From: Octopus bimaculoides
Lineage: Eukaryota
DNA: 64,000 nucleotides
Direction: 5' to 3'
NCBI RefSeq assembly: GCF_001194135.2
Contig: NC_068990.1
Location: forward strand, 27,809,238-27,873,237
Shown: positions 11,185 through 22,369 of the stretch, piece after piece
Position numbering within the stretch: position 1 is the stretch's first letter
How the letters are laid out: each line of letters starts with the position of its first letter
Translations under genes and position numbers: made by a program
The notes under the pieces: model-generated
The model's database searches: none
The model's input: the letters and a program-made list of their open reading frames with translations, nothing else
What the model was told of the DNA's origin: nothing

Positions 11185-12717
11185 ACTGAACCGCAAAAGA
11201 GACGCGAGACGTGTGTGACTGTGAAATGCGTTTTCATTTCATTATGTCAGAGATAAATTTTGATAAATCTGATAAAGTCAATTTCTTGGATGCACTTTGA
11301 CCACAGTCTATCGGTCGTTGTCATGTGTTCTGGTAGTGGGCGGATCCAGCACATCAGGATTTTAGGGCGTAGCATGTTCAATACCATCGGTACATAGAGT
11401 GCATGAAGCGGTTCACAAAAGCCATTGGCACCTGTGCCCACACCCTGAGGCCATCTCTGGATTTCATCTCACAAGTTTTCAATTCGGTTCAAATCCGGAC
11501 TGAGAGCTGTCCACGGTATGGTTCTGCTGTTGTGCTGACGCAGGACCTCCATGGTGACTCTGGCTGTCTGGGAGGTAGAATTGTCCTGCTGGAACACGTG
11601 GCTATGGTGACGCAGGAAAAAGGGCACGGTGTTAGGTCCTAGGATCTGGCCAACGTAGCCCATCGTTATCGCTGCCAGGCAACGTCTACCTCCGGTGGTA
11701 ACTCCTTTAGCCTTACCTCGGAAGCACCCCTTTCAACGCCAGTTGGTGGCAATATAATTTCCTCTGTTTTCAGGGAGGCCACGGAGTTTTGCCTTACCTT
11801 TTCCTCTGCTGGGAACCGCACTTCCACTTTAGCGTATTTGGCGCCCCTGGCCAGAACGATATTTCCGGCCAGAACGATATTTCTGGCCAGAACGATATTT
11901 CCGGCCAGAACTTTTCAATTTGTATGCCATAGTTGGCCTTTCAATTTCCTTCTCCTTTATCACAGATATCTTAAATGTCACTGTTTTCTTGCAAATGTTC
12001 ATCGTAATTACGTTAGGCGGGGTTAATTCTCCCTCGAACCCTCCCTTTTTAACATATCAAGATATGTTACCAAGTCCTGCTTTCAAATTCCATATTCCTC
12101 TTCGACACGCCGGCCGCCACCGCAAAACTCTTGATATTTTTACCGGTTTGTTTCTTTTCCTCCTCTTGCCAGCTCCTTCTTCATGCCACTTGCGTAATAC
12201 ATCAATTCTCCATCCGACAACTCGACATCGGACGAAATTACATCTTCGTATTTCATCATAACGCCTCTCTGTTCAAACAAGGGGGAAACAACTGGACCGC
12301 CGCAAAGCAGTGAAAGAACAGTGTTTTATAAACACGCCATAACAATGTTCAACAAACTAAGAACGGTAATATAACAAGTGATACTGCCCGTTATTCATGA
12401 CACTAACCTTGACAGTTCAAATTACGAATTCCGGGAACGAGGTTCAAGCTGATTTCTATACCTATAATGGCTACGAGATGCACGTGCATTTCTTTCGGTT
12501 TCCATGACAATCGTTTGCGACTGCCACCTACGACATTCAATGCAGCTGCGTTTTAGCGTCTCCTTTCAGAGAAAGTTGGAAGGTTACCTGAAAATTTGGT
12601 CTCAGCCATAAACCAGCTTGTCTTTGAATATTTATACTTACCTCCCCGAAATAAATTTTCAGAATTTACGACATAAAAATGGCATTTAAAAAAATTGCAT
12701 TTCTTTTGCGGTTCAGT
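11185..12717 (-). mobile_element. Tc1-type DNA transposon relic with 16-bp terminal inverted repeats
   Basis: Minus 11663-11400 reads VFQQDNSTSQTARVTMEVLRQHNSRTIPWTALSPDLNRIENL*DEIQR (Tc1 FQQDNA.PH...W...SPDLNPIENLW). Perfect inverted repeat ACTGAACCGCAAAAGA (11185-11200) / TCTTTTGCGGTTCAGT (12702-12717). Confidence 0.8.
11847..11911 (+). repeat. 18-bp minisatellite (cYggccagaacgatattt) x3.6
   Basis: Units at 11847, 11865, 11883 and 11901, alternating ctgg/ccgg. Confidence 0.95.
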
Positions 12718-13276
12718 GAATATACACGTTCATATAGAACATAATATATCTCTGTTTACAGCAATATTAAACATGTATTCCTCTCAACGTCACAGGATGC
12801 ACTCACTGGACCGCAGCAGGGATGAACTTCAGCACAATTGACCTCTTTGTAGTCGCACAATCTGATACACATACATAACACTTAATTGTTATTTGTACCA
12901 GTGAGGAATTTTTTTTTCTCCTTCGCTATTCTTACAACTGGTAATTTATTGGTTCATAAGATGCATTCACTGGACGTCACGGTGAACTAACTAAATTTCT
13001 TCGGTGATCCTGAAACCACTTTACATAAAATAACAACTGATAGGAATTGAAGTTTTTACCTTCCTTGAATTTTGTAGTAATTTTTGAACGAGTTTAATTT
13101 AGTATAACTTAGACTTCGAAAGAATCCAAAGTTCATTTGTAACTACATTTAACACACACACACTATCATACACATATATACATACAGTCAAATACGCATA
13201 CACACATATACATACATGTTTGTGTGTATGTGTGTCTCTGTGTCTGTGTCTACGTGTGTGTGTGCTCACGCGCGTG

Positions 13277-13319
<43 letters not shown>

Positions 13320-13596
13320 ATTATGCGTTTGTATGATCATATACATATACAGAAATAATTTGTATATGTATATGTAGGAATTCTATATTAAAATACAGAG
13401 TAAAGGTGCAGCTATAAATATTTGACAGGCTAAAAGTGGTGATAAATCTGGATATTCATGATTTCATGTCAGCATTGTGAGATACGCATTGAAGTACATT
13501 CTTGTAATGCTCAGTGTTTGCCCATTAAGTATATATAAGCGTACAGAAACCATTGGATACTGAAACCACTTTTGATGGAAATATATTTGTGTGTAA

Positions 13597-13639
<43 letters not shown>

Positions 13640-13669
13640 GGAATATATGTATATATATAGATTTGTATG

Positions 13670-13703
<34 letters not shown>

Positions 13704-13912
13704 TNNNNNNNNNNNNNNNNNNNNNNNNNNNNNNNNNNNNNNNNNNNNNNNNNNNNNNNNNNNNNNNNNNNNNNNNNNNNNNNNNNNNNNNNNNNNNNNN
13801 NNNNNNNNNNNNNNNNNNNNNNNNNNNNNNNNNNNNNNNNNNNNNNNNNNNNNNNNNNNNNNNNNNNNNNNNNNNNNNNNNNNNNNNNNNNNNNNNNNNN
13901 NNNNNNNNNNNN

Positions 13913-13977
13913 CCTGGGGCTAAAAGCAACAGTAACATCCACCCCTAGGGGTCAGCCACACTTAAGTGGCAATATAC
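13913..13977 (+). mobile_element. 3' tail fragment of the HHR-bearing structured repeat family
   Basis: cctggggctaaaagcaacagtaacatccacccctaggggtcagccacacttaagtggcaatatac is the near-exact reverse complement of about 18032-18096. The upstream part is lost in the N-gap. Confidence 0.85.
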
Positions 13978-13980
13978 TTC

Positions 13981-14023
<43 letters not shown>

Positions 14024-14258
14024 AGACGAAAATTGAGCGAAAACATAACGGACAGAAACGGGAGACAAAATCACGATCCAAAGAACAATTGCAGGTTGTT
14101 TCCCAGACGTCTTATTGGTTTCACGCTATTTAAAATCAAGACCGCTGTCATCAAGGGGAGCGCCAGAGCATAGAGCTACAGGTAAAAGTTGACAAATGTG
14201 TTCGCGGACAGACGAAAATAACATTGCGTGTATATATATGTGTGTGTGTCTGTACATA

Positions 14259-14712
14259 TCATAAAATTAGTTGAAACATTTAAACACAAGAAGAGGTGAG
14301 CCTTAACAGGTCACCTTACATGCATGCTAGAAGGAACAGTCAAAACTTCAAACCGCAGTTAAGAGCAATTTCGAAGGGAATGAAAAATAAAAAAAAAACA
14401 TTTACCATGTTTTACAGCCGGACATTAGGTTTCGTTTTTAATAGCAAATAAAATACTTTGCAGGGCGAAGTTCTCATCGGCAGGTACGCCAAACATTATT
14501 ATAGAAATATATGTTAATGTCTGCAAGGCGAAGTTCTCATCAGTAGGTACGCCAAGCATTAACATATAAATATATGATAATGTTTGCTAATTAAATTTCG
14601 AAACGTGTGAAACGTGGTAAATGTTATAATTTTTCATTCCCTTTCTAGCATGTAAGGTGACCTGTTAAGGCTCACCTCTTTTTGTATTTAAATGTACACA
14701 AATTTTATATGA
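14259..14712. mobile_element. Non-autonomous DNA transposon (MITE) with about 60-75 bp TIRs and an internal 60-bp tandem duplication
   Basis: aagaggtgagccttaacaggtcaccttacatgc (about 14291-14323) is inverted at about 14648-14680. The internal unit gcarggcgaagttctcatcrgyaggtacgcca occurs twice (about 14460 and 14522). Confidence 0.8.
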
Positions 14713-14939
14713 AAAATATGTCTATTGAATTTGTATTATAATTCTATAATAGTATTAATTAATAGCAGGAGTGGGATTTCGTCTTAGACTTTTAGAGTAT
14801 TAGAGTGCCTGAAGGAGAACAAACAGATCTGTTCTACAACTGCGAATGACAACCAGTAGCTTAAACTGTACTGGTGCTGTACTCAACATTTAAACACACT
14901 AATCCAGTTATACTTATATGTGCAAGTTATTTATCATAC

Positions 14940-14981
<42 letters not shown>

Positions 14982-15385
14982 NNNNNNNNNNNNNNNNNNN
15001 NNNNNNNNNNNNNNNNNNNNNNNNNNNNNNNNNNNNNNNNNNNNNNNNNNNNNNNNNNNNNNNNNNNNNNNNNNNNNNNNNNNNNNNNNNNNNNNNNNNN
15101 NNNNNNNNNNNNNNNNNNNNNNNNNNNNNNNNNNNNNNNNNNNNNNNNNNNNNNNNNNNNNNNNNNNNNNNNNNNNNNNNNNNNNNNNNNNNNNNNNNNN
15201 NNNNNNNNNNNNNNNNNNNNNNNNNNNNNNNNNNNNNNNNNNNNNNNNNNNNNNNNNNNNNNNNNNNNNNNNNNNNNNNNNNNNNNNNNNNNNNNNNNNN
15301 NNNNNNNNNNNNNNNNNNNNNNNNNNNNNNNNNNNNNNNNNNNNNNNNNNNNNNNNNNNNNNNNNNNNNNNNNNNNNNNNNNNNN

Positions 15386-15449
<64 letters not shown>

Positions 15450-15984
15450 CATATATACATATACGCATACATATATACATACATACATACATACCTACAT
15501 GTCTATTGAGTAAAAGGATGTAGTCAGAATTTGGAGAATAGCATTTATCGAAATACTGGCTACTCCCTTTTTATTGATATATACATAATCTGTGCACTTC
15601 TTCAAAATTCTATATATACAGATATATATATGTGTCTGTGTATTAATATCTACGCGCGCGCGCGCGCACCTAAATGTATTCATTAAAAAATGAGTGAATG
15701 AAACAGTGGTAACAGCGGAGAAATAAGCAAGAGTTAGTTGTTTGCTAATAGCCTAAGAGAAAAAAAATCATGTTACCATCATTGAAAACTTTACATAATA
15801 AAATTACTTGTTATTACATGGAAGTTAAAATTTAGTCTACATTTTTTTGTTTGTTCAATTTCCTTGACGTCACTTAGCATATTGACAAAGATACAATACA
15901 TATATACGTGTGTGTGTGTGTGTGTGTGTGTCTGTGTGTATGTATATATTTGCATATGTCTATACTTATATATATGCATAGGCG

Positions 15985-16345
15985 CGAAAAGTGGCTGTTT
16001 GCTTACAAACTACATGTTTCTAGGTTCATTCGCACTGCTTGGCACCTTCGGTGAGTGTCTTCTTCAGTCGCCTTATGCCGACCAAATCTTGTAAGGGGAT
16101 TTGGTAGAAGGAAACTGAAAGGATCCCCCGCTGTGTATACATGTGTGTGTATCAGAGTGTGTGTTTGTGTTTGTGCATGTATCTTTCTGTCTGTTTGTTT
16201 CCCAGCACCGCGTGACAACCGTTGCGTGTACGCCTCCATAGCTTATCGGTTCTGCAAAAGAGGCAGATACAAGTACCAGACTCAGAAAGAAAAAAAAATC
16301 GTGGTCGATAAGTTCGACTAAAATACTTCAGGTCCTTGCGCTAGC
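15985..16345 (+). mobile_element. SINE family A, near full length (head, (TG)n, 3' half)
   Basis: Head tttgcttacaaactacatgtttctaggttcattcgcactgcttggcaccttcgg, then a TG-rich spacer, then cgtgacaaccg...gtggtcgataagttcgactaaa. Confidence 0.7.
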
Positions 16346-16489
16346 ATGATCGTAGNNNNNNNNNNNNNNNNNNNNNNNNNNNNNNNNNNNNNNNNNNNNN
16401 NNNNNNNNNNNNATATATATATATATATATATATAAATACAGGGTGGCCCAAAAACGGGTTTTCATTTATTCAACTATCTTTTTCGCGT

Positions 16490-16950
16490 TCATATATTAA
16501 GAGTTTCATATTTTGCAATAAGATATGTTTCTTCGCTAATGCACTGATTATAGGCTGCATTGTCCCTGGAATTAAAGAGGAGAAAAATTCTTATGTTGGG
16601 TTTTCCGTTAGTTGCGCAAATATCGATGTGCTCGCTCAATCCTATTTGTTCTGTATTCTTGTATTTGAATGAGACACCTATGTACCGTCATCCTCTGGCG
16701 TAGACTGCTTTTAATTTGCCCGATATATTGTTCTCGACACCCTGGGCAAGTTAATACATATATTAGGTTTTCCGATGCATGTGTGAAGTTGTTTTCCACT
16801 ATAAAACGTTGACCCTGTTTGAAGAAAAGTTCCGATCCTTCAATTAGGTTGACACATATACCTCTGTTAGGGCTTCCAATTTTTTTTACTATCGGTCTCG
16901 ATGGTGTTGATGATTGTACTTGGGCCTGTGTTAGAAGACTTTTCATTGAT
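16490..16950 (-). mobile_element. Penelope-like element, GIY-YIG endonuclease (frameshifted)
   Basis: NFTHASENLIYVLTCPGCREQYIGQIKSSLRQRMTVHR; after a frameshift, GLSEHIDICATNGKPNIRIFLLFNSRDN...EETYLIAKYETLNI*. Collinear with the 5703-5990 remnant. Confidence 0.9.
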
Positions 16951-17110
16951 TTGGGTCATTATTACTTAGATTAAAATAAAATTATCCCACGCCCCTACCA
17001 AAAAAACCCTATCTCTATTCATTTTTTCAAATTAATATAATATTGTACCAAGAAAATTCTCTTTATTATTCTACTATATATATATCTGTGTGCGCACGCG
17101 CGTGTGTGTA

Positions 17111-17810
17111 TACGGGGGTAACCAAAAGAAACCGGAATTTTGCAATATTATTTTAGTCGCTTAGTTTTACACGCTTTCACTTTTATCTCCTACGATGTAT
17201 TCCCCATTTGAAGCAATGCCTCTCTCCACTCTACACGCGCGTTTACCACTATTCGAAGCGGTCCTGAAAATCTTGAGAAATGATGCCTCCATTGTTTTTT
17301 CTTCATCTCTTCCACATCTGCAAATTCTGTAGCCCCAGCTTTTGTCACCAGTGATGACCTTCGAAAAAAGGTACAGATCAATTCCCAACTGTTGTTTCAG
17401 TTCAGGACACCCATTCAGTCATGACAACTTTTGATCTTCCGTGAACATGAGAAACAATTTTTGCTGTAACTCTTTTCATTCGCAGTTTCTCGCTCAGAAT
17501 TTGTTGGCAGGAGCTCCAGGACACATGAATCACATCACGTTCATCAATTTTACAGTGACAGTTCACCAAGATCAGTTCATGAATGTTCATCATGTTTTAA
17601 TCCGTTCGGGAATTTGACGGTCACCTTGAAGGAAGTTGGTCTTCAAGAGACAAGTTATCATTGCTAAAGCGTCAAAACCACTCATAAACTTTTGTTGCTC
17701 ATGGCAACGCACTTACAAGCCTTTTGAAGCATGTCAACTGTTTCGGACACGTCCTCAGCCATAGCAAAAACCGACGAACATGGGAGAAGTACTGCAAAAG
17801 AAAAAGGAGC
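17111..17810 (-). mobile_element. mariner-type transposon relic
   Basis: Minus strand pieces: SETVDMLQKA, VYEWF*RFSNDNLSLEDQLPSR*PSNSRTD, ILSEKLRMKRVTAKIV, LFSKVITGDKSWGY. TA plus a TIR-like cgggggtaaccaaaagaaaccggaat at 17111. Confidence 0.85.
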
Positions 17811-17976
17811 CACGAGGCAGTACGAGTCCAGTAACCGCCACCCTTGGGCAGAAAGTTGGTATGTGAAAGCACGTGGTTGGATGTATAAAAGATAAACAAG
17901 AGTGAAAAATCTACAGAAGGCTTGTGTTACATGGTTAAAATGTATATTTAAATCGTTATGTTTATCTTATATATAT

Positions 17977-18346
17977 AAGCAATGTTAATTCTCTAAATGA
18001 AGTATTAACAGTAACTGCACGATAAAGTGTAGTATATTGCAACTTAAGTGTGGCTGACCCCTAGGGGTGGATGTTACTGTTGCTTTTAGCCCCAGGAGGA
18101 CATCTCCTCCAGCTGGCTTATCGACACACGACTGTGTCCTGTTTGCCAAGGGTAGTTATCCCTCTCACCAACATCTGCAGCACGAACGGATCCGGATTTC
18201 AGGGTTATTTCCCTTCGTCGGCGTCCGATAGCCGCTGACCTTGGTGAGAGAGACAAAAACCTGGCAATCTTATATCTTCTTTTCAAGTGAAATTCTTCAC
18301 TGATATCGAAAAGGTGAAAACAAGCAATGTTAATTCTCTAAATGAA
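17977..18346 (-). mobile_element. HHR-bearing structured non-autonomous repeat (retrozyme or PLE-terminus-like), bounded by a 25-bp direct repeat
   Basis: AAGCAATGTTAATTCTCTAAATGAA at 17977-18001 and 18322-18346, HHR at 18183-18227. Homologous to 46969-47120 and 13913-13977. Confidence 0.7.
18183..18227 (-). ncRNA. Minimal type-I hammerhead ribozyme motif (U4>C variant)
   Basis: CGGACG-CCGACGA-AGGG(aaauaa)CCCU-GAA-AUCCGGAU-C^CGUUCG. Six-bp stem I, 4-bp stem II, palindromic stem III; the core differs from CUGANGA at one position. Confidence 0.7.
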
Positions 18347-18404
18347 ACNNNNNNNNNNNNNNNNNNNNNNNNNNNNNNNNNNNNNNNNNNNNNNNNNNNN
18401 NNNN

Positions 18405-18790
18405 TATCTTATATATATAAGCAATGTTAATTCTCTAAATGAAGTATTAACAGTAACTGCACGATAAAGTGTAGTATATTGCAACTTAAGTGTGGCTGAC
18501 CCCTAGGGGTGGATGTTACTGTTGCTTTTAGCCCCAGGAGGACATCTCCTCCAGCTGGCTTATCGACACACGACTGTGTCCTGTTTGCCAAGGGTAGTTA
18601 TCCCTCTCACCAACATCTGCAGCACGAACGGATCCGGATTTCAGGGTTATTTCCCTTCGTCGGCGTCCGATAGCCGCTGACCTTGGTGAGAGAGACAAAA
18701 ACCTGGCAATCTTATATCTTCTTTTCAAGTGAAATTCTTCACTGATATCGAAAAGGTGAAAACAAGCAATGTTAATTCTCTAAATGAAAC
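18405..18790 (-). repeat. Apparently identical duplicate of 17963-18348 across an N-gap (second HHR at 18625-18669)
   Basis: Offset of exactly 442 bp; I see no differences by eye. Confidence 0.9.
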
Positions 18791-19548
18791 ATAAAGTAAT
18801 TACTGTGAATAAAATGAAGGGTACGTAGCGTTCCATTAATTGATAAGTTAAAAAAACATATTAAATGCAGAAACAAACGTAAAATAGACGAAGGTCACAA
18901 TCTCTTCAGCAGGTATCGACCATTGTTTCAAACTCAATTTCACGCCTTATCATGGTATTGTTCCCTTTTGGTGGAGCTAGCAACATGGAGCTGCTGGGAA
19001 AGGGGAATAAACGTAACAGAACGTGAGAAAAACAAACAAGATATGAATAAAAGTGCAATACAGAAGTGGATATACGGATATCAATATATGTGACTGAAGA
19101 CGAGATCATGATGGACGGACGAGGGATAAAGACAAGATGAAAAAAAGACATATACAAAGACGAAAGTATGAGTAATGCTGAGAGGAAAATCCTAAAAGAT
19201 TAGAAACTGTAAGGAAACATTTTGCGAAAAAGGTCGAAGTGGGAGACTAGTACTAAATGCGACCTTTTGCTTTAGTGGTTGGCGTGAAAAGGAAAGGAGA
19301 AAGAGAAAAAAGAATAAAGGATGAAAACGGGTCACGTGTCAATATTAGGAGGGAGAAAAGTGGTAGAGAGCATACAGAGACACATAAAGCAGAGAGGGAG
19401 GAGCGGGAAGAGGAGAAAGAGAACGAGAAACAAAGAGAGAGAGAGAGATAGGGGAAGAGGCAGAGAAAAAAAAGAGTTGGTGACCTTCTGTGTCTGTTTT
19501 CCGTTTGTGCATTTTTGTTTTTTAACTTATATGTATATATATATATAA

Positions 19549-19816
19549 TCCGAAATATATAGCATTATATATCCAACACGGCTGATCTTACCAATCGGCT
19601 TAGCAATGGAGTATTATTTAGGTAACAATCCGATTATATAACCTTATGCACATCAGAGGTAGCCCATATGGAAGGGAATATGGCACCATATTCCCTTCCA
19701 TATCGGCTAACTCTGATGAGCGTAAGGTTATATAATCGGATTGTTACCTAATACCTAATTGCTAAACCGATTTGTAAGGTCAGTTGTGATGCCTATATAA
19801 TACTATATATTTTGGA
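19549..19816. mobile_element. Fold-back MITE / long imperfect palindrome
   Basis: Arms 19549-19683 and 19686-19816 are reverse complements, e.g. ggtaacaatccgattatataacctta / taaggttatataatcggattgttacc and atatggaagggaatatgg-ca-ccatattcccttccatat. Confidence 0.9.
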
Positions 19817-20009
19817 TAATATACCCACTCTATTGACAGATATATAAGTGCATCTTTTCCCTGATTTATGGTCTTTTAGACGACTCACACACATACACAC
19901 ACACACGTACGTCAAATACCATTTCAAATAATAGTGTAGCAGAGGTAACGGCGGTGTCCCACCACGACCGCAACTTTAAAGCTGAAACAATTTAGAAAAG
20001 TAAAGAATA

Positions 20010-20069
<60 letters not shown>

Positions 20070-22200
20070 TATGTATGTATATTCATGTGTGTATAAGTTT
20101 CCTTACATACAACATTCGCCGGTGCATTACATCGACACAAGTTTGTATATTTCGCTGTCTCCATATAACTGCATAGAACGAATTTTGTCTTTCTTATAGG
20201 CATGCGTGTGACATTGAGCTTGATTGTATATGCGTAAACACATTTGTCTCACTCGATAATTTCAATCAGTATTTGTTTTCGCTGACGTCAGCAAAGGACC
20301 AGAGATCCTTTGCTGACGTTGATACGGAAACTATAGTGAGAGTCACAAATATACAGAAAGATATGAGAAGACAATGAGAAATATAATGCGTATGTGAAAG
20401 AGAGAGAGGGGGGGCGAGTGATAGATAGAGAGGGAGGGGGAGAGAGAAAGAAAGAGTGATGTAGCCAGGTTATGTAAATAGAATTGAATAATGAAGCACA
20501 GATATAATCGATATAAATATTGAGAGGGAAAAGGGGGAATGTATTGAGAACGAGAGAGAGAGAGAGAGGGGGGAGAGATACAGAGAGAGAGGGGGAGAGA
20601 GAGGGGGGAGAGAGACAGACAGAAACAGAGACAGAGAGACGAATGACACGTAAAGAAAAATACAGGAATGCACAAAGAACGTACACACAATTAGATGTAT
20701 GTGTATCTGTATGCGAAGGTCTGCTTTTATATGTGCTATAGATATACACATGTACGTTATATACACACACACACACATGCACCACACACATACATGTATA
20801 TGTATATATATATATACAAATATACATACATATATATGCATATATATATGTCTATATATATATATATATATATATGTCTATATATATATATATANNNNNN
20901 NNNNNNNNNNNNNNNNNNNNNNNNNNNNNNNNNNNNNNNNNNNNNNNNNNNNNNNNNNNNNNNNNNNNNNNNNNNNNNNNNNNNNNNNNNNNNNNNNNNN
21001 NNNNNNNNNNNNNNNNNNNNNNNNNNNNNNNNNNNNNNNNNNNNNNNNNNNNNNNNNNNNNNNNNNNNNNNNNNNNNNNNNNNNNNNNNNNNNNNNNNNN
21101 NNNNNNNNNNNNNNNNNNNNNNNNNNNNNNNNNNNNNNNNNNNNNNNNNNNNNNNNNNNNNNNNNNNNNNNNNNNNNNNNNNNNNNNNNNNNNNNNNNNN
21201 NNNNNNNNNNNNNNNNNNNNNNNNNNNNNNNNNNNNNNNNNNNNNNNNNNNNNATATATATGCATTCTCCTGGGAGTGCGTGTGTGTGTACAATGCAAAT
21301 GTACTCAGATTCAGAGTCTGAAAGAAAATAATATATCAGTCTGACGCAAATGGAAAACAACGAAACCGAGAAATATCGAAGAAGAGTTAAATAAAATCAA
21401 GGAAAAAAATGATGAAATAAAATGAAAAAAAAAAATGAAAAAAAAACAACCACAAACAGCGAGTACACAAAAGAGAAACTAGCAAATAATATTAAAGAGT
21501 AAAAAATGCGGATGAGTAACATATAGCAAAATAAAACGAAAGAATTGCAGATTTAACGTAAGAAACTACAGTTAGAACAGTTGAGAATAGAACAAATAAC
21601 TTTTTTAAAAATTGGAATAATTCCATCTTGAAAAACATGAAAAAACTATATTACAATAAAGTAAAGAGGAGTACAAAAAAATGAATATTTTTCATGTTAG
21701 AAAAAAATAATTAAATGAATTTNNNNNNNNNNNNNNNNNNNNNNNNNNNNNNNNNNNNNNNNNNNNNNNNNNNNNNNNNNNNNNNNNNNNNNNNNNNNNN
21801 NNNNNNNNNNNNNNNNNNNNNNNNNNNNNNNNNNNNNNNNNNNNNNNNNNNNNNNNNNNNNNNNNNNNNNNNNNNNNNNNNNNNNNNNNNNNNNNNNNNN
21901 NNNNNNNNNNNNNNNNNNNNNNNNNNNNNNNNNNNNNNNNNNNNNNNNNNNNNNNNNNNNNNNNNNNNNNNNNNNNNNNNNNNNNNNNNNNNNNNNNNNN
22001 NNNNNNNNNNNNNNNNNNNNNNNNNNNNNNNNNNNNNNNNNNNNNNNNNNNNNAATGAAACGAAATTGAAAAAAGAATTTAGAGAATATATTTCTGTTTA
22101 ACGTATTTGTATTCTTTTAGCATATTATTGTTTACAATTGCTGTAACGTAGAGAAATGATGGCATACTGAAGCACACATTCAGTCATTGCATGTATGTAT

Positions 22201-22253
<53 letters not shown>

Positions 22254-22280
22254 CATCTATCTACATATCTATTTATCTAA

Positions 22281-22331
<51 letters not shown>

Positions 22332-22369
22332 CACACACACCCACCCACACATATATACAGGCCCAGGCT

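Noticed and set aside
11847-11911. CRISPR-like array
   Set aside because: Contiguous 18-bp tandem units with no spacers, in eukaryotic DNA; it is a minisatellite.
14110-14160. UUGAUGA...GAAA motif on the minus strand
   Set aside because: Stems II and III do not pair convincingly.
16438-16465. TACAGGGTGGCCCAAAAA Tc1/mariner-like TIR
   Set aside because: Single end beside a gap with no partner TIR or transposase sequence.
18086-18286. 66-aa minus ORF (and its duplicate at 18528-18728)
   Set aside because: Overlaps the HHR/hairpin RNA structure, has no recognisable domain, and the homologous 46969-47120 copy does not preserve it.
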